Positions 24,501 through 38,139 of a DNA stretch of 64,000 nucleotides are shown piece by piece. The notes beneath the pieces were generated by a model, which was given only the letters and a program-made list of their open reading frames with translations, had not been told where the DNA came from and did not search any database. This DNA is from Eledone cirrhosa (Eukaryota). The translations under genes were made by a program, and so were the position numbers. Position 1 is the first letter of the stretch; every line of letters begins with the position of its first letter. The DNA lies in assembly GCA_964016885.1 (NCBI GenBank), contig OZ024740.1, positions 402,008,001 through 402,072,000 of the forward strand. The letters run 5' to 3'.

Positions 24501-27160
24501 TTAGATTCTCGATAAAAGCAAGGGAAGTAATCTACGCGTTTCATTCTTGTTAGAAATCATCAGGACTACATATCCAGTGCTTTTATCGAGAATGACACAG
24601 CTAGAGACTTATAGAATACTTAGCTGTGTACAGGAACTGGTTTGAAAGAGCGGTTGCCGGTCCGGCAGAAATTAGAAATTGGAATAAATGCTCTGAAATA
24701 GCGATATATATGTGAATATAGACATAGAATATTCGAAAATATTCTGTATGTTTATAATAAACATTTTGAAGACCTAATCGCTATAGAATAGAATACGTCA
24801 CGTATTACAATTAGATTCTCGATAAAAGCAAGGGAAGTAATCTACGCGTTTCATTCTTGTTAGAAATCATCAGGACTACATATCCAGTGCTTTTATCGAG
24901 AATGACACAGCTAGAGACTTATAGAATACTTAGCTGTGTACAGGAACTGGTTTGAAAGAGCGGTTGCCGGTCCGGCAGAAATTAGAAATTGGAATAAATG
25001 CTCTGAAATAGCGATATATATGTGAATATAGACATAGAATATTCGAAAATATTCTGTATGTTTATAATAAACATTTTGAAGACCTAATCGCTATAGAATA
25101 GAATACGTCACGTATTACAATTAGATTCTCGATAAAAGCAAGGGAAGTAATCTACGCGTTTCATTCTTGTTAGAAATCATCAGGACTACATATCCAGTGC
25201 TTTTATCGAGAATGACACAGCTAGAGACTTATAGAATACTTAGCTGTGTACAGGAACTGGTTTGAAAGAGCGGTTGCCGGTCCGGCAGAAATTAGAAATT
25301 GGAATAAATGCTCTGAAATAGCGATATATATGTGAATATAGACATAGAATATTCGAAAATATTCTGTATGTTTATAATAAACATTTTGAAGACCTAATCG
25401 CTATAGAATAGAATACGTCACGTATTACAATTAGATTCTCGATAAAAGCAAGGGAAGTAATCTACGCGTTTCATTCTTGTTAGAAATCATCAGGACTACA
25501 TATCCAGTGCTTTTATCGAGAATGACACAGCTAGAGACTTATAGAATACTTAGCTGTGTACAGGAACTGGTTTGAAAGAGCGGTTGCCGGTCCGGCAGAA
25601 ATTAGAAATTGGAATAAATGCTCTGAAATAGCGATATATATGTGAATATAGACATAGAATATTCGAAAATATTCTGTATGTTTATAATAAACATTTTGAA
25701 GACCTAATCGCTATAGAATAGAATACGTCACGTATTACAATTAGATTCTCGATAAAAGCAAGGGAAGTAATCTACGCGTTTCATTCTTGTTAGAAATCAT
25801 CAGGACTACATATCCAGTGCTTTTATCGAGAATGACACAGCTAGAGACTTATAGAATACTTAGCTGTGTACAGGAACTGGTTTGAAAGAGCGGTTGCCGG
25901 TCCGGCAGAAATTAGAAATTGGAATAAATGCTCTGAAATAGCGATATATATGTGAATATAGACATAGAATATTCGAAAATATTCTGTATGTTTATAATAA
26001 ACATTTTGAAGACCTAATCGCTATAGAATAGAATACGTCACGTATTACAATTAGATTCTCGATAAAAGCAAGGGAAGTAATCTACGCGTTTCATTCTTGT
26101 TAGAAATCATCAGGACTACATATCCAGTGCTTTTATCGAGAATGACACAGCTAGAGACTTATAGAATACTTAGCTGTGTACAGGAACTGGTTTGAAAGAG
26201 CGGTTGCCGGTCCGGCAGAAATTAGAAATTGGAATAAATGCTCTGAAATAGCGATATATATGTGAATATAGACATAGAATATTCGAAAATATTCTGTATG
26301 TTTATAATAAACATTTTGAAGACCTAATCGCTATAGAATAGAATACGTCACGTATTACAATTAGATTCTCGATAAAAGCAAGGGAAGTAATCTACGCGTT
26401 TCATTCTTGTTAGAAATCATCAGGACTACATATCCAGTGCTTTTATCGAGAATGACACAGCTAGAGACTTATAGAATACTTAGCTGTGTACAGGAACTGG
26501 TTTGAAAGAGCGGTTGCCGGTCCGGCAGAAATTAGAAATTGGAATAAATGCTCTGAAATAGCGATATATATGTGAATATAGACATAGAATATTCGAAAAT
26601 ATTCTGTATGTTTATAATAAACATTTTGAAGACCTAATCGCTATAGAATAGAATACGTCACGTATTACAATTAGATTCTCGATAAAAGCAAGGGAAGTAA
26701 TCTACGCGTTTCATTCTTGTTAGAAATCATCAGGACTACATATCCAGTGCTTTTATCGAGAATGACACAGCTAGAGACTTATAGAATACTTAGCTGTGTA
26801 CAGGAACTGGTTTGAAAGAGCGGTTGCCGGTCCGGCAGAAATTAGAAATTGGAATAAATGCTCTGAAATAGCGATATATATGTGAATATAGACATAGAAT
26901 ATTCGAAAATATTCTGTATGTTTATAATAAACATTTTGAAGACCTAATCGCTATAGAATAGAATACGTCACGTATTACAATTAGATTCTCGATAAAAGCA
27001 AGGGAAGTAATCTACGCGTTTCATTCTTGTTAGAAATCATCAGGACTACATATCCAGTGCTTTTATCGAGAATGACACAGCTAGAGACTTATAGAATACT
27101 TAGCTGTGTACAGGAACTGGTTTGAAAGAGCGGTTGCCGGTCCGGCAGAAATTAGAAATT
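21581..27160 (-). repeat. 18 x 310-bp tandem array, one hammerhead ribozyme per unit (non-LTR retrozyme-like)
   Basis: Units start at 21581+310n (n=0-17). Only one variant base noticed (22185 G>A). Flanked by (TA)n on both sides. Confidence 0.95.
21737..21779 (-). ncRNA. Hammerhead ribozyme of array unit 1 (repeats every 310 bp to 27007-27049)
   Basis: Minus strand gtagtc-CTGATGA-TTTCT aaca AGAAT-GAAAC GC GTA-gattac. Stem I 6 bp, palindromic ACGCGT, GUA triplet. Confidence 0.85.
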
Positions 27161-27232
27161 CTATATATTCTATTATAGACCTAATCGCTATAGAATATAT
27201 ATATGTGTATATGTATATATATATATATATGC

Positions 27233-27270
<38 letters not shown>

Positions 27271-27279
27271 GTATATATA

Positions 27280-27312
<33 letters not shown>

Positions 27313-27499
27313 ATATATATGTATATATATATATGTATATATGTATATATATATGTATATATATATATATATGTATATATGTATATATATATGTATATAT
27401 ATATATGTATATATGTATATATATATATATATCTATGTATATATATATATATGTATATATATGTATATATGTATATATATATGTATATATATATATGTA

Positions 27500-27555
<56 letters not shown>

Positions 27556-27563
27556 GATATATG

Positions 27564-27599
<36 letters not shown>

Positions 27600-27629
27600 T
27601 ATGTGTGTGTATATATATATATATATATA

Positions 27630-27997
27630 CGATATTAAATAAATGGAAACTATATTTATAAAACCATATTTATTTCATTATATATATTTCAGGGATATCA
27701 TGTTAAAAATATGGTATGCCTTCTTCAGACAAAATACAATATAAACAGTCTTATAAATAGATAGATTTGACATACCTTACAACTTCAACTTCCATTTAAA
27801 AAGTTGATTTGGTACCAAATCAACTTTTTAAATGGAAGTTGAAGTTGTAAGGTATGTCAAATCTATCTATTTATAAGACTGTTTATATTGTATCTTGTCT
27901 GAAGAAGGCATACCATATTTTTAATATGATATCCTTGAAATATATATAATGAAATAAATATGGTTTTATAAATATAGTTTCCATCTATTTAATATCG
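27630..27997. repeat. Spacerless palindrome (184-bp arms) of a pLTR-like end, with HHRs at 27671-27736 (-) and 27891-27956 (+)
   Basis: Centre GGT|ACC at 27813/27814. Arms are homologous to about 11525-11690 and carry CTGAAGA...GAAATATATATA. Confidence 0.85.
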
Positions 27998-28082
27998 TAA
28001 ATATACTCCAAATACTTGTTGAGTGCTTTTATATCAGTTATAAATATTTACTCGTTGTAACCCAACAATTTAAATAAAACTT

Positions 28083-28168
<86 letters not shown>

Positions 28169-28171
28169 ATG

Positions 28172-28250
<79 letters not shown>

Positions 28251-28255
28251 GAATA

Positions 28256-28338
<83 letters not shown>

Positions 28339-28427
28339 GTATATATATATATGTATATATATATATAGAGAGAGAGATATAGATAGGTAAATATACATGG
28401 GTGTGTATGATTGTGTATAGAAGATTA

Positions 28428-30611
28428 TATTAATAAGAGGAATTCCAACTTTGTCTGATTTACTCGTTTTATTTACAATCCTTTAAAATATATATAATAT
28501 GGTATTATAATGAAATAGTATGATAGAATATTAAATTCTAAGTGTTAATTGAACAAGTACTTTCATGCTTTCGCAATCTTCAGGTTCATGATATGTGGTG
28601 ACAGTCGAGTTTGCAATTTTCAACTGTAATGAGATGGGTAAATTTACTACCTTTTATACATTTTATACAGAGAAAAGTGGCTCCAGAATGCAATGCCCTG
28701 TAAACTGTATTTCGACCAATCAGTGTGTAGTTTCACTGAATTACTACAGCTGATTGGTTTAAGAGTCACGGCTGGTTAAGCATGCTAACGTCCAATAGTC
28801 ATACCCAACGTATCAATTGTTTTGCTTTTTGAAATGATGAAAATAGCATTTTCTATTAATCATCACCATCAACATCACTTTTATTATTATTATTATTGTT
28901 GTTGTTGTTAGTGGTCGTGGTCATAGTGGTAGTAGAAGTAATACCCCTAGGCGTTATTATTGTTCATTTAGCTTGGGTTTGAATTTATCAATACAATTCT
29001 TTTCTTTGATTTTTCTCTTGATTTCACTTGGGCTGTGTAATTTGTAGAATGGGAATATTATAAATATTCCCTGACCACATGTTGCCAGGTGGCCGCTTAG
29101 GGGTATCTGACGGACATTTGGGTCTCTGATTTGTTGACGGTGTACCCGTGCACGTTCCGATAGTGCATTTCCAGTTTGACCGACATATAGTTCTTCACAA
29201 TTCGGGCATTTAATGCAGTAAATTAGATTTCTGCTTTTGCAGTTCATATTTGCATTTGGGAATATTTTTCCAGTTTTTGTTTTCATATATTGACCGGCGT
29301 GTATGGATTGACATGTGCCGCATCGATTATCATTGCATTTAGATACAGTGAATGATTGGTCTTTGTTGTTAAGGTCAAACTTTGCTTTTGTTAGCAATTG
29401 CTTCCAATTTTTTGGCTGTCTTTTACTAAGAGTCAAAGATCGATCTGTGATTAAGCCTTTTAATTCATTACTTTGAGCAATGATCGGTAGGTTTGCTTTG
29501 GCAGTGTTGAATATATTCTGGTGACATGGGTTGTGTGTCATTATAAATGGTATGACCAGTTCTTGGTTTCTTCTTCCTTGGGTTGTTCTAAGTTGTTGTA
29601 TAGGTATTTTTATAGCCCGCTGTATGCCATTTTCTATAAGTAGAGATGATTATTTTTGTTTGAGCAAAAATTCTCTTAGTTCTGTTAGGCGTTTGTACCT
29701 GGTATTCGTATCTTCTACAATGGTACAAATTCTTCTGGCTAGGCAGTATGGGATGTTGCGTTTTGTATGAGGTGGATGGCACGACTTAAAATTCAGATAT
29801 TGATGGGTGTCTGTGTGTTTATAATATATATCCGTGGTAATGGTGGTGTCGTTTTTGATTATCATTATATCTAGGAATGGTAATTTGGTCCTACTCATCT
29901 CTTTTGTGAATTGGAGAGATGGGTGTAGGTTATTCAGGAGGATATTGAACTCATCCAGAGTATCTAGAGATTCTGTCCAGATGATGAAACAGTCGTCAAG
30001 GTATCTCTTCCAAGATTTTTCAATGTACTTTCTAAAGTCAGTACTATATTTTTCCTCTATTTCTTGGTAGAGTTGTTGTTCTAAGTATCCCATTACAGAG
30101 TTCGCGTAAACGGGAGCAAACTTCGTTCCCATCGCTGTGCCTCTAATTTGGATGTAATTCTTTTCATTGAAGAAGAAAGTGTTGTTTACCAGAATAAGTT
30201 TAACTGCGTCTAATATAAATGGGGCTGTGAATCTAATGGGAATCACTTCTCTATGTTTTTCCACCCAGTATTTAACCGCCTTTATTCCTAAATCATGTGT
30301 AATGTTGGTGTAAAGGGTTACCACATCAAAACTGAGTAGAAGTGAATTCGTTTCCGTGGTTTTGGGAAGATGGGACAGGGAGTAGATATCATCCCGGATG
30401 AAACTGGGTATGTGAATACATAGTGGTTTCAAAATAATGTCAACAAAATTGCTTAGACGGTGAGTGGGGCAAAGCATGAAAGTACTTGTTCAATTAACAC
30501 TTAGAATTTAATATTCTATCATACTATTTCATTATAATACCATATTATATATATTTTAAAGGATTGTAAATAAAACGAGTAAATCAGACAAAGTTGGAAT
30601 TCCTCTTATTA

Positions 30612-30614
<3 letters not shown>
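28428..30614 (-). mobile_element. 5'-truncated Neptune-like PLE with inverted pseudo-LTR ends
   Basis: RT (FDVVTLYTNI, GTAMGTKFAP, RYLDDCF) and GIY-YIG (KCNDNRCGTC, LIYCIKCPNCEELYVGQTG) lie in one frame from about 30470 to 28957, broken by a single TAA at 29650. Inverted repeat 28428-28571 / 30471-30614. Confidence 0.92.
28550..28588 (-). ncRNA. Minimal hammerhead ribozyme in the PLE 3' pLTR
   Basis: tgaac-CTGAAGA-TTGC gaaa GCAT-GAAAGTACTT-gttca; palindromic AAGTACTT. Confidence 0.8.
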
Positions 30615-30661
<47 letters not shown>

Positions 30662-30662
30662 G

Positions 30663-30717
<55 letters not shown>

Positions 30718-30769
30718 GTATATATGTATATATATATATATATGTATATATGTATATATGTATATATAT

Positions 30770-30889
<120 letters not shown>

Positions 30890-30910
30890 GTATATATATA
30901 TAAATATATG

Positions 30911-31071
<161 letters not shown>

Positions 31072-31072
31072 G

Positions 31073-31220
<148 letters not shown>

Positions 31221-31300
31221 CGTATATATATATATATGTATATATATATAAAGAATGAATAATAACAGGTAGACATCATAAAAAGGTAGTTTATTCCGTG

Positions 31301-31412
31301 TGCTTACAAGTGTTTCCACGGTGGTACTGCAGCCTAGTTCCGCTACGTGCAAATTCACAAGTATTTGCAGAACTCGAATATCCAATGCTGTGACCACTGT
31401 TTCCTCAGAGCA
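31301..31412 (-). ncRNA. Hammerhead ribozyme with an 85-nt structured stem-II domain
   Basis: tgct-CTGAGGA-AACAGTGG[...]CCACCGTG-GAAAC ACTT GTA-agca. Confidence 0.65.
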
Positions 31413-31660
31413 GAATGTTAAATATACAATGTAAAAACCCTTAAGTGGGGTTGTTGGGGAAGATAGAGTGGAACAGGAAGAGAGAAAAGTAAGGAAGATG
31501 GAGAGAGAAGGAAAGATATGCAGGGGTTGGAGAAGTAGGAGAGAGTGGCTTGTAGATATCTTAATCAAAATGTTATGGTAGGGGTTTTATTAGTTACTTT
31601 TGGAGAGATGCGTAGATAGTTGAGGTCGGAATTATGTATATATATATGTATATATATATC

Positions 31661-31849
<189 letters not shown>

Positions 31850-32152
31850 CTTTTGATTTTTATTGTAATTTTAATGTTGGTAAAGGTATATTATTATAAT
31901 GTATTATATTATATTACATTGTGTTATATATAATTCCTGCTCTATATAACCACCTTCGTTTAGCTCTAGGATATTTACTTTGGACTATATTTGTAATATG
32001 GTTCTTAATGTTATATACATCCTTAGTTATTATTATTATATATTTTTATTATTTTTATTATATATTTTTGCAAGACTTTAGTGTATGTACACTCCATATT
32101 CTTCGGAACTTCCGGCTTGTATCTGCCGATATTACTTTTTGTTGTTTTAATT

Positions 32153-32190
32153 GCCCTGATGAGTCCTTAATAGGACGAAACATTGTCGGC
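32153..32190 (+). ncRNA. Canonical-core minimal hammerhead ribozyme
   Basis: gcc-CTGATGA-GTCC ttaata GGAC-GAAAC ATT GTC-ggc, followed by AATAAA. Predicted cleavage after C32187. Confidence 0.9.
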
Positions 32191-32235
32191 TAATAAAAAC
32201 ATTTGATGTATTAAAGGCTTCTTTGTTTTACTCTC

Positions 32236-32281
<46 letters not shown>

Positions 32282-32306
32282 GTATATTTATATGTATATA
32301 TATATG

Positions 32307-32446
<140 letters not shown>

Positions 32447-32450
32447 AGGA

Positions 32451-32509
<59 letters not shown>

Positions 32510-32514
32510 TGTAA

Positions 32515-32723
<209 letters not shown>

Positions 32724-32733
32724 TATATATATG

Positions 32734-32799
<66 letters not shown>

Positions 32800-32800
32800 A

Positions 32801-32865
<65 letters not shown>

Positions 32866-32939
32866 CATATATATATGTATATATATACATATATATACAT
32901 ATATATATGTATATATATATACATGTATATACATATATA

Positions 32940-33011
<72 letters not shown>

Positions 33012-33012
<1 letters not shown>

Positions 33013-33432
33013 GGATTGTATAGGCATTCTTACTCAATAAAACACCAGAGCCAAAGAAATGTAACAACTTTAGCAGAGAAAGCTTGGACGCTCAGGGATA
33101 GCAATCAAAAGTTTACCCTAAAATGGGAAAAATTAGCTAAAACCCAAAGCTTTTCCAGGAGCCAAAATTTCTGCAAATTGTGTAATCTTGAGATTTATTA
33201 CATAATCACACACAAGAAGAAACTGCTGAATAACAGAATTGAACGAACATTATTCTGCCGTCACAGAACTAAAACCCTTTTTTCCCACTACAAGCCGAAT
33301 ATTACATAAAAGAGGGACATCCCCCAACTATATAAACCTTAATCTAGTTAGAAAAATATAAAAACAATCTCTTTTCAACATATATTAATAACCTTAAATT
33401 ACCATACTAATAATGAAAAGATATGCTGATGA
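33012..33432 (+). mobile_element. Nematis-like PLE 3' fragment (end of GIY-YIG domain and UTR)
   Basis: [48 protein letters not shown], stop at 33309; homologous to the C-terminus of ORF 39080-40819. Confidence 0.8.
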
Positions 33433-33578
33433 GAATAGGTACAAATATGCGATAATGAATGTGTCTAAAAACGTCCATAAGTATGTATATATATGTGAAA
33501 ATGTATATAAATAAGTAAATATATATATATGTTTGATGTGTATAGTTAGATGTAAGTGTATTCATGTATTAAAGTGCT

Positions 33579-33627
<49 letters not shown>

Positions 33628-33628
33628 G

Positions 33629-33673
<45 letters not shown>

Positions 33674-34409
33674 GTATATGTATATATATATGTGTATGTA
33701 TGTATGTGTATATGGATGTGTATGTATGTGTATGTGTGTACACATGGACTAGAGTATGTATGTATATATGTGTGTGTCTATACGTGTGTATATATAAAGA
33801 TAAGTTGAGTATGAAAATGTATACACATGAGCGCGTATGTATGTACATGAATACATGTGTGTATATATATGTGTATGCATGTGTATATATATGTAAGTAT
33901 GAATATGTGAATTGTGAGTATATGTATTTTGTAGAGGTGTGCAAATATATTTGTGTGTGAATGCGTGGGTGAAAGAATACGTACACTTGAAAGAAAAATT
34001 TAAGTCTGAATGTTAAGTGCAAACACAAAACCAACCACGCATATCTTTACTATCTCTAATCCTTCTATAGATTTAGAAAAATAACCAATAATATATTCTA
34101 TAAAAAATGTCAAAACAACAGATGGGAATCTAATTAATCACTGCCACCAAGAATTCTCACTGCTATCGAAAAACCACTCCTTCAACTATTCTTCTAACAA
34201 CTTCACCCCTTCCTCCTAATATTCTCTATAAAAACTAAATAGGTCCTCAGTAATATTATTCTGATGAAATGACAGTAAACAATAACATTGAAATATTGAA
34301 TGTCTGCATAACTAAAAGTTTGTAGATAGCTGTTTTAGGTTATGTAACTGTTATAGAAACACGTGTCAATAAATTCCTTTCAACTAAACTGTATCCATTC
34401 AAATCTTTC

Positions 34410-34481
<72 letters not shown>

Positions 34482-34483
34482 CG

Positions 34484-34554
<71 letters not shown>

Positions 34555-34555
34555 T

Positions 34556-34601
<46 letters not shown>

Positions 34602-34622
34602 TATATATATATATTATACATA

Positions 34623-34654
<32 letters not shown>

Positions 34655-34686
34655 CATATATATATACATACACATATATATATATA

Positions 34687-34778
<92 letters not shown>

Positions 34779-34793
34779 TACATATATATATAG

Positions 34794-34945
<152 letters not shown>

Positions 34946-35490
34946 AAATGTGTGTAATCCTTGGTACAGTTAGGTATATTAAGACAGGGGGGAAGAAAAA
35001 ATGGCTTCACTTGTGCTTTCAACAAATTTATTTTCTTCACAAAATCCAAAAATATTTATTCTTAAAAAAAATTATTTTATAAATTAAGTTGTTGGTTGTT
35101 GGTTAGGTCTTAGGAGTTCTTGGTTAACGTAGGAGGTATTTTTTCGTTTTTAGAAAGACCTTTCACGCTGAGGTGCGCTTGTCAAACTGATGTGTATGTG
35201 GTGTGTTGTTCTATATATAGGGATTTAACATGTCTGTGGTGTGGTAGGGGTTTCTTTTCTCCCCCTTTAATAAGTGCATGGGTGTAGGTGTGTTGAAAAA
35301 GTGTTCATAGCAGTAATATACATATATATATATACATATAGGGGTTTCTTTTCTCCCCCTTTAATAAGTGCATGGGTGTAGGTGTGTTGAAAAAGTGTTC
35401 ATAGCAATATATACATATATATATATATATACATATATATCTACATATATATATATATCTACATATATATATATATACATATATATATAC

Positions 35491-35562
<72 letters not shown>

Positions 35563-35569
<7 letters not shown>

Positions 35570-37176
35570 TTAGAAACACACAGATACATGCCGACACACA
35601 TATACATGAATGCATCCGCACCCAACCGTGAGTTAAGGGTGCCAACTTCACCGATGTTGCTCAATGAATGACTGGGACAGACCAATCCGGTTGAACTAGA
35701 CTGAACCAGTATCAGAGTTAAAAATACATTATGAAGAGAGAAGAAACATTTAGATATAATTAGTAATAAAATGTATCATACCTAAACTGCTCCTAGATTT
35801 CTCGACTACGTAGTTTCGTGGCATAAACAAAAACAATACATCATAAAGATATAGAGTCCCTGCGAGGTCTGCCGACTTATCAAGATGATACCTCATTTTA
35901 CTAGTCTCAAGAACGCGTCTACACGACGTAAGAAAGAATCCCAAAAGGCGGAGGGGGAGATAGTCACGCGATATAACGGTCGAGAAACAGAGCTAAGCCT
36001 CTTATAACCCCGAAGAAAATACCACGGAGGCGGAGGGGGTGTTTATATCGAAGCCGTAGAAGAGGTGGTGAAGTTGGCACCCTTAACTCACGGTTGGGTG
36101 CGGATGCATTCATGTATATGTGTGTGTCCGCATGTATCTATGTGTTTCTAAATATATTGTTAATAACTCCCTCTGGTCGAGCAATCTTTGCAGTGTGGGG
36201 ACTGCTGGAAAGCTTCCATTACTCATACTTCTCCCCTCCTTCACCACCTCTTCTACGGCTTCGATATAAATACCCCCTCCGCCTCCGTGGTATTTTCTTC
36301 GGGGTTATAAGAGGCTTAGCTCTGTTTCTCGACCGTTATATTGCGTGACTATCTCCCCCTCCGCCTTTTGGGATTCTTTCTCACGTCGTGTAGACGCGTT
36401 CTTGAGACTAGTAAAATGAGGTATCCTCTTGATAAGTCGGCAGACCTCGCAGGGACACTATATCTTTATGATGTATTGTTTTTGTTTATGCTACGAAACT
36501 ACGTAGTCGAGGAATCTAGGAGCAGTTTAGGTATGATACATTTTATTACTAATTATATCTAAATATTTCTTCTCTCTTCATAATGTATTTTTAACTCTGA
36601 TACTGGTTCAGTCTAGTTCAACCGGATTGGTCTGTCCCAGTCATTCATTGAGAAACATCGGTGAAGTTGGCACCCTTAACTCACGGTTGGGTGCGGATGC
36701 ATTCATGTATATGTGTGTGTCCGCATGTATCTGTGTGTTTCTAAATATATTGTTAATAACTCCCTCTGGTCGAGCAATCTTTGAAGTGTGGGGACTGCTG
36801 GAAAGCTTCCATTACTCATACTTCTCGTCCCCTTCACCACCTCTTCTACGGCTTCGATATAAATACCCCCTCCGCCTCCGTGGTATTTTCTTCGGGGTTA
36901 TAAGAGGCTTAGCTCTGTTTCTCGACCGTTATATCGCGTGACTATCTCCCCCTCCGCCTTTTGGGATTCTTTCTCACGTCGTGTAGACGCGTTCTTGAGA
37001 CTAGTAAAATGAGGTATCCTCTTGATAAGTCGGCAGACCTCGCAGGGACTCTATATCTTTATGATGTATTGTTTTTGTTTATGCCACGAAACTACGTAGT
37101 CGAGAAATCTAGGAGCAGTTTAGGTATGATACATTTTATTACTAATTATATCTAAATGTTTCTTCTCTCTTCATAA
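35563..37176. repeat. 593-bp HHR-bearing repeat: one partial inverted copy (35563-36073) and about 1.9 tandem copies (36067-37176)
   Basis: GGTGAAGTTGGCACCC at 36067 and 36660 (period 593); inverted arm matches; bounded by (TA)n. Confidence 0.9.
36424..36513 (+). ncRNA. Hammerhead ribozyme, U3-A8 core variant with long loop II (copies at 37017-37106 + and 35799-35888 -)
   Basis: tcctc-TTGATAA-GTCGGCA[...]TGC(C/T)AC-GAAACT ACGT AGTC-gagga; 10-nt palindrome ACTACGTAGT; GUC triplet. Confidence 0.7.
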
Positions 37177-37177
37177 C

Positions 37178-37363
<186 letters not shown>

Positions 37364-37409
37364 GTATATATATGTATATATATCTATATATATGTATATA
37401 TATATATAT

Positions 37410-37872
37410 GGAACAAGGCAACAACACACGCACGCACACACTCAAGCGAGACAATAACACACGCACACACACACACACAGTAACATTCACCAAACAGGCA
37501 GAGAATACTATGGACTGACAGCTAGCGCCACCCCACTCGCACAATTGAAAGAACTACTTCGGCCGCTGACCTCTGCTCCACCGACCCCATTTTCCGCGTA
37601 TGCGCGCTCTGCTGAATACCTTATATATTCAAAACAACGAACAGCGGAGGACACGTTTCGCACCTTTCCGACAGACAACCTCCCCCTCCCCATATACATA
37701 TCTTTAGATCGTTTGGAAGCCTCGACAATGCAGATGGGTAAATCTCCGGTTAACACGATCCGATGGTGGAGAGAGAGATGTAAGTGGGTGTATGTTGAGA
37801 TGCGTGGCGTGTAGAAGACTGTAGCGTGTAGAGGAATGTAGGAAAGAGCGTAAAGGAGAAAAATAAAATATA
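37410..37872 (+). mobile_element. Solo 3' UTR/pLTR fragment of the PLE at 12042-15130
   Basis: Near-identical to about 14680-15130. Confidence 0.85.
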
Positions 37873-38092
37873 TATATATATATACAGTATTAGTTATACT
37901 ATTTATGGTTATGTAAATACAAAACCTTATGCAGTTATAAGTATTTTTTATACACACCCTAAATAATGGTAGGCAGTAATGTATTACTACCTTATTACCA
38001 GTAAGTTAAGTAGCTCAATGTAAAAACATCAGATGATTTACAGAGCAGTTATATGAAATATAAGAATCAAAGAACTGTTCAAAACATTATTG

Positions 38093-38139
38093 TGCTTACA
38101 GCTGTTTCCTCCAAACCGAGGTTTTGATTCTTCGGAGCA
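38093..38139 (-). ncRNA. Hammerhead ribozyme, CCGA core variant
   Basis: tgct-CCGAAGA-ATCAAAACC tc GGTTTGGAG-GAAAC AGCT GTA-agca. Confidence 0.7.

Noticed and set aside
21581-27160. CRISPR-like array, or an ambisense ribozyme pair in the 310-bp repeat
   Set aside because: Units are identical with no unique spacers. Plus-strand CTGAAAT and TTGAAGA lack the stems and GAAA-NUH needed for a second HHR.
29650-29652. In-frame stop within the PLE ORF as possible recoding
   Set aside because: It is TAA, not TGA, at a position where a Tyr codon would fit; simple nonsense mutation is more likely.
33426-33433. CTGATGAG after the PLE 3' fragment
   Set aside because: No stem II or GAAA follows; at most a truncated half.
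34261-34315. CTGATGA-AATG..CATT-GAAATATT, and a similar minus-strand motif near 45915-45970
   Set aside because: Stem I and the cleavage triplet cannot be formed convincingly; probably decayed, not counted.
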